From a virus: a DNA stretch of 64,000 nt. The DNA lies in the IMG/VR virus record IMGVR_UViG_3300045988_155520, positions 1 to 64,000 of that record; one strand, written 5' to 3'. Numbering within the stretch: position 1 is the first letter of the stretch; each line of letters opens with the position of its first letter. The position numbers were made by a program, and so were the translations under genes. The notes under the pieces are model-generated. The model searched no databases, had not been told where the DNA came from, and saw only the letters and a list, made by a program, of their open reading frames with translations. Positions 6,683 to 15,994 of this stretch are shown piece by piece.

Positions 6683-7871
6683 TACCAATTAATTCTCGAC
6701 TAACAATTCTTTCATTATTATTTGTAAGTCCATTAATTGCTTGAGTCATTTGTTTCTCACATTCAATAATCTTTGCTTCTGCATCCATACGTTTCTTTTT
6801 GCCTTCCTCCTGTACTTTTTGTACTCCTTGGATTGTTTCTATTAAATCCCTTGTTGTTTTCATCAGTGTTTCAGCATCAAGAACTGTACGTTGATTCTGT
6901 TTTGCAACTTCTATTGATTGTGTCTTCATCATTTCTGAGTTGCTAACTAATGATTTATTAATAGCATCGTAAACAGCTTGCTTCGCCTTAATACTTTGCT
7001 GCTGGTTATATAATGCTACTGTTAGAGATAACTGATTTTTCCAGAATGGAATCAACATCAAAACCTGTGATTCTGTATTATTTGCATCTTGCAGGTTAGT
7101 TTGCTGAATAATTCTAATCTGATATAATGACTGGTTGAATGCATGATGTAGCATTACAAGGTCTGTAACACGCTTTTCTAATGCTTCCTTAAAGTTGTTA
7201 GTATCATTAATATCAATCATGTCAGAGCCGTTTGTACGCATCGTATTCAACTCCTCCTCCAGTTCTTCCACCTTGAATTTACCTGCAATAATCAATTGTT
7301 CCAACTGGTTTACATAATCTTTATTATTAATGAACTGTTGTTCGAGAAGATTGTTATCACGTAAAGCAATTGCTCGTGTTGCTTCAAGTTTTTGTTTGAT
7401 ATTCTCTACATTCTTTTCAATTGTGTTATATTTCGCTTTTATTTCAGCTACAGACGTTACAAAACCCTTAGTGAGTGGAAATGACATTAAGAACTTTTTA
7501 ATGCGTGTAGGAGTCTTAAAATCATTAACATCAATATTCTCCAGTTCACCCATTAATTTACTAATAAGTTTTGAAGTATCTCCACTTACTGTTGATGTCA
7601 TCTGATGTTGGAGAAGTTCACTTGAATATGAATCCATTACTTTTTGTAAATCTGAACCATAAGACATAACAGTCATAGGATTCTTTACATCCAAGCTTGA
7701 TGTTATATCTCTATACCGTTTCTTCTCGATAGTAGTCAAACCAGTAGTATCAACGTTGCCGTTTTCATCAATTCTCTTTGCTGGAAGATTAGATATTTCT
7801 ACATTTTGAATATTCTCTGACTTTTTTGTTTTCGTTGTAGATTTACTACTGTTCTTTTTAGATGCTGTCAT
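6669..7871 (-). CDS. telA: TelA-like (toxic anion resistance family) protein
   Basis: 400 aa and largely helical. The N-terminal LDVKNPMTVMSYGSDLQKVMDSYSSELL segment matches the TelA family pattern as I recall it. Confidence 0.65.
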   Translation of the reverse strand: MTASKKNSSKSTTKTKKSENIQNVEISNLPAKRIDENGNVDTTGLTTIEKKRYRDITSSLDVKNPMTVMSYGSDLQKVMDSYSSELLQHQMTSTVSGDTSKLISKLMGELENIDVNDFKTPTRIKKFLMSFPLTKGFVTSVAEIKAKYNTIEKNVENIKQKLEATRAIALRDNNLLEQQFINNKDYVNQLEQLIIAGKFKVEELEEELNTMRTNGSDMIDINDTNNFKEALEKRVTDLVMLHHAFNQSLYQIRIIQQTNLQDANNTESQVLMLIPFWKNQLSLTVALYNQQQSIKAKQAVYDAINKSLVSNSEMMKTQSIEVAKQNQRTVLDAETLMKTTRDLIETIQGVQKVQEEGKKKRMDAEAKIIECEKQMTQAINGLTNNNERIVSRELIGNENK

Positions 7872-7897
7872 TTTTATTGTTCTTTAAAATTACGTCA

Positions 7898-7905
7898 CAA
7901 AGTTA
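7898..7905 (-). promoter_or_regulatory. -7 promoter box
   Basis: RC TAACTTTG (TAnnTTTG), about 26 nt upstream of the ATG at 7871. Confidence 0.5.
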
Positions 7906-7961
7906 CGAAAATAGTATTATAAAACAAAATATTTATATATAAAAAATCTTAAAATAATATT

Positions 7962-8525
7962 ATGGCAGACTTTAGAAAACTTAAACCGATTATTAGAAAA
8001 GCAGAAGGCGGTTTCGTTAACGACCCAATAGATAATGGAGGTGCAACTATGTATGGTATTACTTTAAAAACATTTAGAGAAACTTATGGTAGTGAAAAAA
8101 CAGTAAATGATTTAAAGCATATGACCGAAGAACAATGGGATAATATATTTAAAAATAAGTTCTGGAATAAATGGCAAGCAGATAAAATAAATAATCAGTC
8201 AATAGCTAATTTAGTTGTTGATTGGTTGTGGGATAGTGGAATCAATGGGATAAAGATACCACAGCAAGTACTTGAGTTAAAAGCAGATGGTATCGTTGGT
8301 AAACTTACACTTATGAAAATTAATGACTATCCAAATCAAAAAGAATTATTTGATAAATTATGGAATCGACGTTTAAAACATTTTCAAAATATAGCTGAAA
8401 ATAGTATTATTGCATTAGAAAATAAATTAGGTAGAAAACTGACTGATAAAGAAATTAAAGAAAAAACTCAAAAACGTTTTCTTAATGGTTGGATTAATCG
8501 TTTAAAGATGTTTCATTATGAATGA
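7962..8525 (+). CDS. GH108-type lysozyme with a C-terminal peptidoglycan-binding region (endolysin candidate)
   Basis: IIRKAEGGFVNDPIDNGGATMYGIT is the GH108 N-terminal catalytic signature. Confidence 0.8.
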   Translation: MADFRKLKPIIRKAEGGFVNDPIDNGGATMYGITLKTFRETYGSEKTVNDLKHMTEEQWDNIFKNKFWNKWQADKINNQSIANLVVDWLWDSGINGIKIPQQVLELKADGIVGKLTLMKINDYPNQKELFDKLWNRRLKHFQNIAENSIIALENKLGRKLTDKEIKEKTQKRFLNGWINRLKMFHYE

Positions 8526-8532
8526 ATGAAAA

Positions 8533-8563
8533 AAATGGGATGTATACAAAATACATCCCATTT
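8533..8563. terminator. bidirectional hairpin between convergent genes
   Basis: 13-bp perfect stem AAATGGGATGTAT / ATACATCCCATTT with a 5-nt loop. Confidence 0.5.
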
Positions 8564-8587
8564 CATTTTATATTCTCTCTAAATATT

Positions 8588-9028
8588 TTAGAAAGGCAAA
8601 TCATCATCAGTAGTAGGTGCTGGTGCAGGCTGAGGTGCAGCTGCAGGATGTGGACTTGCTGTCGGTTCAAAATTACCAGTATTAGGTGTCTGTTGAGTAT
8701 TATTATCACCATTACTCTTTCCTACTGGAACAAAGTTTACACTATTAATCATAAGGTCCAAAGATACTACATTCTCATTATTCTTATTCTGATAAATTCG
8801 TGTGCCTGCAAAATCACCGCTAAATGAAATAAGTGAACCCTTCTTAAGCCACTGTGCCATCTTGATAGCATTCTCACCATACCATGAGCAGTTCCACCAA
8901 TCTGTAACAGTTTCACCCTTACGTCTTTCGTCTACTGCAACAGTGAATGAAAGGAAATCCTTACCATTACCTGTCTTCTTAATCTCTGAGTCCTTTCCCA
9001 AGCGACCTACTGAAAAAACATTTGTCAT
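8588..9028 (-). CDS. ssb: single-stranded DNA-binding protein
   Basis: OB-fold N-terminus (VGRLGKDSEIK...W), a Pro/Ala/Gln-rich linker, and the acidic tail DDDLPF. Confidence 0.9.
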   Translation of the reverse strand: MTNVFSVGRLGKDSEIKKTGNGKDFLSFTVAVDERRKGETVTDWWNCSWYGENAIKMAQWLKKGSLISFSGDFAGTRIYQNKNNENVVSLDLMINSVNFVPVGKSNGDNNTQQTPNTGNFEPTASPHPAAAPQPAPAPTTDDDLPF

Positions 9029-9033
9029 ATTAT

Positions 9034-9345
9034 TTATATTTTTAAATTAAAAATGTGTTTTGTATTCTTATTTAAAGAACTATAATCAACATATTTGACT
9101 AATTCTTGTTTATCTTCTGTTAATGCCCATCCGTCATCTTTCAACAGATAAATAATTTCTTCTATATGTGGAGAATATGTCATATCAATTACATTAATAG
9201 AATAATAATATTCTAAATTATTTTCATCTATTTTAAGTGTATATGGTACATATTCTCCTATAGTTATTAGAAATGCTATTTTAACACTACCTGCAGAAAT
9301 TTTATTATCAGAAAAAACTTCTTCTATTTGTGCTAAATCCATCAT
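9034..9345 (-). CDS. hypothetical protein
   Basis: ATG ORF, translationally coupled to nadE (shared base at 9345). Confidence 0.55.
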   Translation of the reverse strand: MMDLAQIEEVFSDNKISAGSVKIAFLITIGEYVPYTLKIDENNLEYYYSINVIDMTYSPHIEEIIYLLKDDGWALTEDKQELVKYVDYSSLNKNTKHIFNLKI

Positions 9346-10226
9346 TACTCTTTACAAATTTGCTGTCTTATTTGCCCACTTTCTAAATCAATTTTTAATG
9401 GGCGATGTCTGCGTTTAAATGCGCTATTTTTAACTCTATTAATAACGCCTTTGACAATATCTTCATCAAACCATTTCTCTTCAGAAAGTCTTCTTAGAAT
9501 GATGTCATTATACTTATGGCAACCCCATATCTGAATTTCGGCAAGTATTCTATCTACTTCTTTATAAGTTAATCCTGGGGCAATTTGTGCCATGTCACCA
9601 CCCATTTTAACACCATTACCATCGGTAGGAGTTAATTTATATGATTCCTCTATAGCTTGTCTAATATCTTTATCATTTACGTAATATTCAGTACAAAGCC
9701 ATTCACATAATTCATATATTTCGGTCTTATATAATTCACCAATAGGATTAAAATCACCCTCATCTCCATGTAAAGTCCAAAATCCAAGTTGGTGTTCACT
9801 AAAGTTATCAGTGTCCATAACTATACCATTATAAATTGAAGCACAATGATAAAGATACAACATTCTCAATCTTGCCTTAATATTACCATTAGTAATTGGT
9901 GAAACTTTAAAATGATTTATTAAACTACAATATATATTATTATAATCTTCTTCTAAATTAATGCTTTGATATTCTGTACATAATGATTTACCAACCATTT
10001 CTGCTGCCTTTACCTCATCTGATTGATTGGTAGAACACATAAGAGAATAACCTAATAAGTTCTTTTTCCCATCAGAACGTTTTACCACTTCATGACAAAT
10101 AGCAGCTACAAGTGTTGAGTCTATACCACCAGAAATACCTAAAATCATATTATTAATATCATAATCATTTAGATATTGTAGGGTAGAGTTTACCATTGTA
10201 TTAAAAATTTTCTCCCACTTTTTCAT
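9345..10226 (-). CDS. nadE: NH3-dependent NAD+ synthetase
   Basis: PP-loop motif GISGGIDSTLVAAIC. Length and downstream motifs fit NadE. Confidence 0.85.
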   Translation of the reverse strand: MKKWEKIFNTMVNSTLQYLNDYDINNMILGISGGIDSTLVAAICHEVVKRSDGKKNLLGYSLMCSTNQSDEVKAAEMVGKSLCTEYQSINLEEDYNNIYCSLINHFKVSPITNGNIKARLRMLYLYHCASIYNGIVMDTDNFSEHQLGFWTLHGDEGDFNPIGELYKTEIYELCEWLCTEYYVNDKDIRQAIEESYKLTPTDGNGVKMGGDMAQIAPGLTYKEVDRILAEIQIWGCHKYNDIILRRLSEEKWFDEDIVKGVINRVKNSAFKRRHRPLKIDLESGQIRQQICKE

Positions 10227-10286
10227 AGAACTTTTATTTTATGGATGATGTGAAATATTTAAATTCCACACCATCCTGATAGTTAT

Positions 10287-11939
10287 TTATTCAACTACAA
10301 TATAATTAAGAATCTCTTGAGTAAGTGCTTTATGCATTAACTCTTTCATACTCAATTTCTTCTTCTCACCTGTGTCGGTATCTACTTCTTCTCCACCTAA
10401 CAGTAAAGAAATAATAGAGCCATCAAAGCCACTCAAGAAATAACATCCGCCATCCTTAATTGTTGCAGGGAAGTCTGTATGACGAGAAGCACAATTCCAC
10501 CAAATGAATCTGAACTCATCAACAAATTCTTCTGGGAACACACTCTTCAATTTCTTCTTAGCCTCTTCATAATTAGTAGTATTTTCTACATCTGTAGATT
10601 GAATCCAATAATTATTTGTAGCATTGAATTGCATATCTGAAACCACCAAAAGTGTCTGAGGATAATCTGTAAGTGGGATTTCTGGATGTTTAGTCCTGAT
10701 TCTTACAATTTCATCAACAACTGATTGGAAATTAGTTCCACCCATTGCATTGTCAGGAATCTGCTTCATCATATCACAGAACTCACCCTTAAGCTGTAAT
10801 ACATGAGAGGTATCATCAAACATAATTACATTCTTATGGAACGCACCTGTATTAAGTGTTGAAAAATAAAGTCCTAATGAAAGACATATGTCTAATGCTG
10901 TAGTATCACCATATACACATGTATTCATAGAGCCAGAAGTATCTAAGGCACACCATACATTTCCATTTATATCTCCAATATTCTTTCCCTTTTCAATCAA
11001 CTCATTAAACTGCTTATTAATGGTTGCTGTAATATATTTAGGAAGAATTGAGATGTTATTCTTTCGATTATAATCAGTGGAACAATGTTTCTTCAAGTTT
11101 TTGATTAACTCATATGGATAACCTGTAAACTTGATATTATTCTGTTTAAGAACCCACTCTGTATATGAATCGACAAGGTCATGATTTGCTAAGAATTTAC
11201 CATTAGTAATCATACTTAATGCACGTCCTGGAATTGTATTCCAATTAATCTTATCATAATTTCTTGAACACATCAGTTTTTGGAAATCATGAGATGTACC
11301 AGATGTTTTAAGATGATTATATTCTTTATAAGACAAATTGAATAATTTAGCAAATTCTTTTGCATGCTTATTTGTAAGTTTATTCCAATCGGTCTTAATA
11401 TGAGATTTTGACTTAATGCGAGGCATGAACTTCTTAACAAGATTTACATGTGTATCACACTTTAGACCTTCATAGATGATTCTATAGATAGCCTCTCTAT
11501 CAATAGCATTGATATCAAGATGTTCATCATAATACATGATAGTCCATAAATCTTTCCAAGAGCCAATAAGAGGCAAAATCCACACGTTATTATTGAACAT
11601 ATCCTTATGATACTTTGCAAGCCATAGAAGTCTTTTAAAAGTCTCGTCACGCTGTCCTTGTCCACTCTGTACATTATCCGTAGAGGTCTCGTTATTAACT
11701 TTAACCTTTCGTGTAATCATTCTAAGATAGAATGGAAAGCGTGTTGCATACTCATGTGATTCATTCCAAAGTTTCTCTTGGTCTGAAAATACATCTGAAA
11801 CATTACGTCCACGATAATTACCAGCTAAACCAAACTGATTAACTAACTCACTTCCTGTTGAAGCCATTGTAAGTGCACCATTCTCAGTAAAAGTATACTG
11901 ATTAAACTTTGTTGCCTCGATAAATAAATTCTGTGACAT
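10287..11939 (-). CDS. DUF2828-like protein with a C-terminal vWA domain (TROVE/Ro60-like architecture)
   Basis: N-terminal FTENGALTMASTGS...GQGQRDETFKRLLWLAKYH...IGSWKDLW matches the DUF2828 pattern. ALDTSGSM is a vWA MIDAS DxSxS motif. Confidence 0.65.
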   Translation of the reverse strand: MSQNLFIEATKFNQYTFTENGALTMASTGSELVNQFGLAGNYRGRNVSDVFSDQEKLWNESHEYATRFPFYLRMITRKVKVNNETSTDNVQSGQGQRDETFKRLLWLAKYHKDMFNNNVWILPLIGSWKDLWTIMYYDEHLDINAIDREAIYRIIYEGLKCDTHVNLVKKFMPRIKSKSHIKTDWNKLTNKHAKEFAKLFNLSYKEYNHLKTSGTSHDFQKLMCSRNYDKINWNTIPGRALSMITNGKFLANHDLVDSYTEWVLKQNNIKFTGYPYELIKNLKKHCSTDYNRKNNISILPKYITATINKQFNELIEKGKNIGDINGNVWCALDTSGSMNTCVYGDTTALDICLSLGLYFSTLNTGAFHKNVIMFDDTSHVLQLKGEFCDMMKQIPDNAMGGTNFQSVVDEIVRIRTKHPEIPLTDYPQTLLVVSDMQFNATNNYWIQSTDVENTTNYEEAKKKLKSVFPEEFVDEFRFIWWNCASRHTDFPATIKDGGCYFLSGFDGSIISLLLGGEEVDTDTGEKKKLSMKELMHKALTQEILNYIVVE

Positions 11940-11964
11940 ATCTTTATTTTTTAAATTTATGTTG

Positions 11965-11972
11965 CAAAGATA
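11965..11972 (-). promoter_or_regulatory. -7 promoter box
   Basis: RC TATCTTTG, about 25 nt upstream of the ATG at 11939. Confidence 0.5.
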
Positions 11973-12007
11973 ATAATATTTTTTTAAACTACCAAATTTA
12001 AGATGAT

Positions 12008-13234
12008 TTATTTTTCAAAAAACTTTTTAAATCTTTCACTACCATACTCATCAGCGGTCAAATCTATAATCTCTCTAATGGTATACTTGTCTTTGTGAGG
12101 TCTTGGTAATCGGCTCTCAATGAAGTATCTTGTACCGACTGAACATGCACCAGTAATAATACGATATGCAGCGATAGCTTCTTCATAAGATAAAGTATCG
12201 TCCAATGACAATTTTTCATAATCCGAGGTGTCCCTATTGCTTAACTTATATATAAGGTCGGCTTTAGCTTCTGCAATAGTTGCGCCATGTGCCCAATTGT
12301 TTTCTCCATCGGTAACAAGATAAAATGGTTTATCTTCTTCTCCAATCTTGTGTACATTGTATATATTACCATGGTGAGAAACTATAACCGAGAAAATACC
12401 ATCAGCTTTGATATATTCAACTCCATGACTTTTCCAGAAAAATGTCATATTTTTTAAATCATGAATAATCTTCTTTTGTTTTTGAGAAAGTTCTATTTTG
12501 ATGTTTGATAAGTCTTCTTTTGTTAGAATATCTTTAACTAAAAAACCATCAACAGTTAAAGTCTTTGGTAACTTTTTAATTGGTGTATATCTCATATCAA
12601 GTTCACCGTAAACAACCAATTTTTTTGGAAGTTTTTTAATCTTTGTATGAGTTATGTCAAGATAACCACAAACAAATAAATTATCTGGTAACTTGTTAAT
12701 CTCAGAAAAACTTAAATCAATATTACCACCTATAGTTAAGCCGTTAGGTAATTCTGTGATTTTTCCATAAGACAAAACCATATCACCACCTATAGTCAAA
12801 TTTTCAGGTAAATTTATATTGTCATTAGAATATAATTTAAGTTTCCCACTGATAATAAAATTATTAGGAATTTTTGGAATATTCATGTAAGATATATCAA
12901 TATTTCCACCTACGACCAAGTTGTCAGGTAAATTTGTAATATTTGACTTTCTTATTTCAAGATTACATCCAACTACTAAATTATCTGGTAAAGTTTTAAT
13001 GAGTGTACCGTTTATAGTCAAAGTACCACCTATAATTAAATTATCTGGAAGCGATTCGATTTGTGTACACAATAATTCGAAATTCCCATAAACTTTTAAT
13101 TTATTATGTGTTTTCTTTATATGTCCAAAATAAATAACAAGATTTCCATTTACGGTCAGATTATCAGGGAGTTCCGTAATAACTTTATCACTTAAAAATA
13201 TATTACCATCATAAAACAGTTCATTATCTCTCAC
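12008..13234 (-). CDS. leucine-rich-repeat protein, paralog of 4587..6152; its ancestral 5' end (to 13300) is cut off by an in-frame TAA
   Basis: Same LRR unit and same C-terminal domain as the paralog. The track start is a GTG. Homology continues upstream across a TAA at 13277..13279 to an ATG at 13300, which has its own -7 box. Confidence 0.7.
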   Translation of the reverse strand: MRDNELFYDGNIFLSDKVITELPDNLTVNGNLVIYFGHIKKTHNKLKVYGNFELLCTQIESLPDNLIIGGTLTINGTLIKTLPDNLVVGCNLEIRKSNITNLPDNLVVGGNIDISYMNIPKIPNNFIISGKLKLYSNDNINLPENLTIGGDMVLSYGKITELPNGLTIGGNIDLSFSEINKLPDNLFVCGYLDITHTKIKKLPKKLVVYGELDMRYTPIKKLPKTLTVDGFLVKDILTKEDLSNIKIELSQKQKKIIHDLKNMTFFWKSHGVEYIKADGIFSVIVSHHGNIYNVHKIGEEDKPFYLVTDGENNWAHGATIAEAKADLIYKLSNRDTSDYEKLSLDDTLSYEEAIAAYRIITGACSVGTRYFIESRLPRPHKDKYTIREIIDLTADEYGSERFKKFFEK

Positions 13235-13324
13235 TTCTAATAAGTAACCAGTTTCTTCCTTAAACTTTTCTACAGTTTATCTTAAATCTTCCTTGTTCAT
13301 ACTTATATATTTAAAATTACACCA

Positions 13325-13332
13325 CAAAGATA
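13325..13332 (-). promoter_or_regulatory. -7 promoter box
   Basis: RC TATCTTTG, 24 nt upstream of the ATG at 13300. Confidence 0.5.
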
Positions 13333-13466
13333 CAGTTTTATTTTTACTAAACCAAATATTATAATTAAAATTAACATTTATTTTTATTTTATATTCATTT
13401 TTGCTTTAAAACCGCTATTGATATACTATTTATTATATGTTAATCAAAGTTTAAATTTAAAAGAAA

Positions 13467-13943
13467 ATGAATAAAATAGATTCAATAATTAATGAGGAAA
13501 TAAACAATATATTTGTTAATGAAGCAAAGCGTCCTGTTAGCAAGGAAGTATTAGATGCTTTTAAACGATTCTTAAAGAGCCGTAAAGGAGATAAGGCTGT
13601 TGATAGTGTTGGTGGTAAGAATAAGGAGAAAAAGAAGCCAGTAAAGACAAAGGACATTAAAACACGTAAACTTGCTGGTGGTGGTACTCAACGTTACGAC
13701 TTTAATGATTGGAAGCGAAGCAATATTGAAGTTAATAAAGACCTAGTCAATAGTATTATTTCGAAAATTAATATGGACACATTAGATTTGGCAGCTGCTG
13801 CAAGAAAAGTATTTTCTTCACATACACCAGAGGGCGCACAATCTCAGTTAAGAAAGATTCTTAAACATGAACGTCCAATGACTTATAAGGTCGCAAGAAA
13901 ACTTAATAAGATGATTTCTCAAGGTATTATACCTGTAAAATAG
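13467..13943 (+). CDS. hypothetical basic protein
   Basis: ATG ORF on a plus-strand island, closed by the hairpin at 13947..13972. Confidence 0.6.
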   Translation: MNKIDSIINEEINNIFVNEAKRPVSKEVLDAFKRFLKSRKGDKAVDSVGGKNKEKKKPVKTKDIKTRKLAGGGTQRYDFNDWKRSNIEVNKDLVNSIISKINMDTLDLAAAARKVFSSHTPEGAQSQLRKILKHERPMTYKVARKLNKMISQGIIPVK

Positions 13944-13946
13944 CAT

Positions 13947-13972
13947 AAAAGGTTGTAATATTACAACCTTTT
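13947..13972. terminator. bidirectional hairpin terminator
   Basis: AAAAGGTTGTAA-TA-TTACAACCTTTT, followed by more T residues. Confidence 0.5.
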
Positions 13973-13975
13973 TTC

Positions 13976-14875
13976 TTATTTTGTATGTTCTTCAACATAT
14001 TCTTTCATTTTCTGAATAGATTCTCTATGTATTTGTCTAATTCTTTCTTTAGTCAAACCATATTTCTTCGCCAATGAATTATATTTGAAATCACTTTCAT
14101 CACTTTCGTTATTAGTACAATCTATCCCATAAATTTCTTTAATAATATCTTGTTCACGTTTACTTAAACAACTCATGATTAGTGAAGAACGATATGATTT
14201 TTCTTCTCTATTAATTGTTTTATTATAATCATTTATATCTGCTGTTGTCTGATTGAAATCATATAATTCCGATAATGATGAATCATTACATTCTTCGTTA
14301 TCTTCATTATTGTCAATTCTCGTAAGTCTTATTTCATTAATATCATTACTATTTTTTATAGTAATATCATATTCTTTCTTTAAAGCTTGCGATATTTCAT
14401 CTGTGGTCGGTTCACGTTCTAACTGTTGTGCTAACTTACTTCTTGTTTTAGCAACTGAATGATAAATCCTCTCTCCATTTTTCTTACGTACTACTTTTCC
14501 ATAACTTATTTTAAATTGGTCAATATTTCTCTTTATATAATAAGCAGCATAAGATAAAAGTTTACTATTTTTCTTAGGGTCAAACTTTTCAATTGCTTCC
14601 ATTAGACCAATGTTAGCTTCATTAACTAAGTCTACCAATTCTACACCTGGAGTCATTTGACGTTTTGCTGATGCTACAACAAATCGTTGATGACAACTGA
14701 TAAGTTTGTTTCTTGCCTCTATCGCTTCTCTTTCAGAACCGTTATGAACTGTATAAAGCAAATCACTTTCTTCTTTCTTAGAAAGAATAGGGAAGCTTTT
14801 TATATCATTGAAATATCTGATGGTACTTTCAGAACGTTCTTTAATACCACCACCAATCTTTAAGTTTATGAACAT
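13976..14875 (-). CDS. sigma-70-family RNA polymerase sigma factor
   Basis: Region 2: DLVNEANIGLMEAIEKFDPKKNSKLLSYAAYYIKRNI. Region 4 HTH: LTKERIRQIHRESIQKMK. Confidence 0.85.
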   Translation of the reverse strand: MFINLKIGGGIKERSESTIRYFNDIKSFPILSKKEESDLLYTVHNGSEREAIEARNKLISCHQRFVVASAKRQMTPGVELVDLVNEANIGLMEAIEKFDPKKNSKLLSYAAYYIKRNIDQFKISYGKVVRKKNGERIYHSVAKTRSKLAQQLEREPTTDEISQALKKEYDITIKNSNDINEIRLTRIDNNEDNEECNDSSLSELYDFNQTTADINDYNKTINREEKSYRSSLIMSCLSKREQDIIKEIYGIDCTNNESDESDFKYNSLAKKYGLTKERIRQIHRESIQKMKEYVEEHTK

Positions 14876-14936
14876 ATTTGACTATTTAAATTAGACAAAA
14901 TGGCAGATGGAACTTTATGAATATGACACTTTGTCT

Positions 14937-15296
14937 TTATTCTTTTGTCCAAATCAAGTCGTTATCTTTACATTTATATTTACCTTCAGTTAGATTACCT
15001 TGGAATGTTGTAATCAGACTTAATATATAATACAAGTTATCAGCTATATATTTATGTAAGCCCAGTAGATAATTCTCAATTTCTTCTGGAAAAGCACGAC
15101 CGTCTGGTGATTCCTCAGTACCCTTTATTGCAGTATCTTGCATACCAAGTATCATAGCCATATCCTCTAATAAATGAGAACCTAAATTGAATAGATGAGT
15201 TCTATCTACGAAAATTTTATTATCACCATCAATTTGCCAATAAAGGAAATGTAATAACTTTACATGGTCTTTTGTTAATTCAATATGTTTAATCAT
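14937..15296 (-). CDS. hypothetical protein
   Basis: ATG ORF with no motif recognised. Confidence 0.6.
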   Translation of the reverse strand: MIKHIELTKDHVKLLHFLYWQIDGDNKIFVDRTHLFNLGSHLLEDMAMILGMQDTAIKGTEESPDGRAFPEEIENYLLGLHKYIADNLYYILSLITTFQGNLTEGKYKCKDNDLIWTKE

Positions 15297-15317
15297 ATTT
15301 TATATCTATTTTTTTTA

Positions 15318-15920
15318 TTAATATTTTACGTGTCCATTTAGAGTTTTTATTTCTTTCTCTCGTTTCTTTCTTTCCGAAACAACTTCCCTATATTTTTCGT
15401 AATCTGTTTTCTTCAAAAGTTGTTCTTCTTTATATTCTAATTTCTTCTTTTCTTGCTTAGATAGTTGATGATAATCATATATTGTTATATCTACATCTTT
15501 ACAAGTATTTTTTATAATTGTGAGTATTTTATCTTTATCTCCATTTCCGTCAAATCTACTTCCACCAATAAGTGTTGTGGCTATCTTCTTACCTTTATAC
15601 AAAACGCATGCTAATTTTAAACATCTTTCAAGTGCGTCATAATCTAAGTAATCTTTTTCAATATCTGGTCTAAAATTCATACTTTTAGTAATAAAACATA
15701 ATGAAAATAATGGTTGACCAGTATTGCATTCTTTGATAGTACCTAACTTCCTCCTATCCCCATAATTGGTTCTTAAATTTGTTTCATGAACAAAAGGATA
15801 ATGTAACATAATATCTCTTTGAAAACCTTGAGATAAAGTGTTATAAATGTTAGTACCTATTAATATAACATCATATTTATCTATGTCATTAAATAAATTA
15901 ATATCTTGTATTATCTCCAC
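15318..15920 (-). CDS. hypothetical protein, weak resemblance to macro (ADP-ribose-binding) domains
   Basis: GTG start. The N-terminal D-VILIGTN...LSQGFQRDIMLHYP pattern recalls macro-domain N-termini. The assignment is tentative. Confidence 0.55.
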   Translation of the reverse strand: MEIIQDINLFNDIDKYDVILIGTNIYNTLSQGFQRDIMLHYPFVHETNLRTNYGDRRKLGTIKECNTGQPLFSLCFITKSMNFRPDIEKDYLDYDALERCLKLACVLYKGKKIATTLIGGSRFDGNGDKDKILTIIKNTCKDVDITIYDYHQLSKQEKKKLEYKEEQLLKKTDYEKYREVVSERKKREKEIKTLNGHVKY

Positions 15921-15941
15921 AATATTATTATTTTAATACTG

Positions 15942-15949
15942 CAAAATTA
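15942..15949 (-). promoter_or_regulatory. -7 promoter box
   Basis: RC TAATTTTG, 21 nt upstream of the GTG at 15920. Confidence 0.45.
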
Positions 15950-15994
15950 CAATATTTTTTATTATATAGCAAATTTAAAGTATTAAAAAAACTT

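Noticed and set aside
13277-13279. Stop-codon (TAA) reassignment, with the 9-nt-loop tRNA acting as a UUA suppressor
   Set aside because: - All other long ORFs, up to 2105 codons, are uninterrupted in the standard code.
- The odd tRNA loop has no U33-UUA-purine register; its best reading is UAU.
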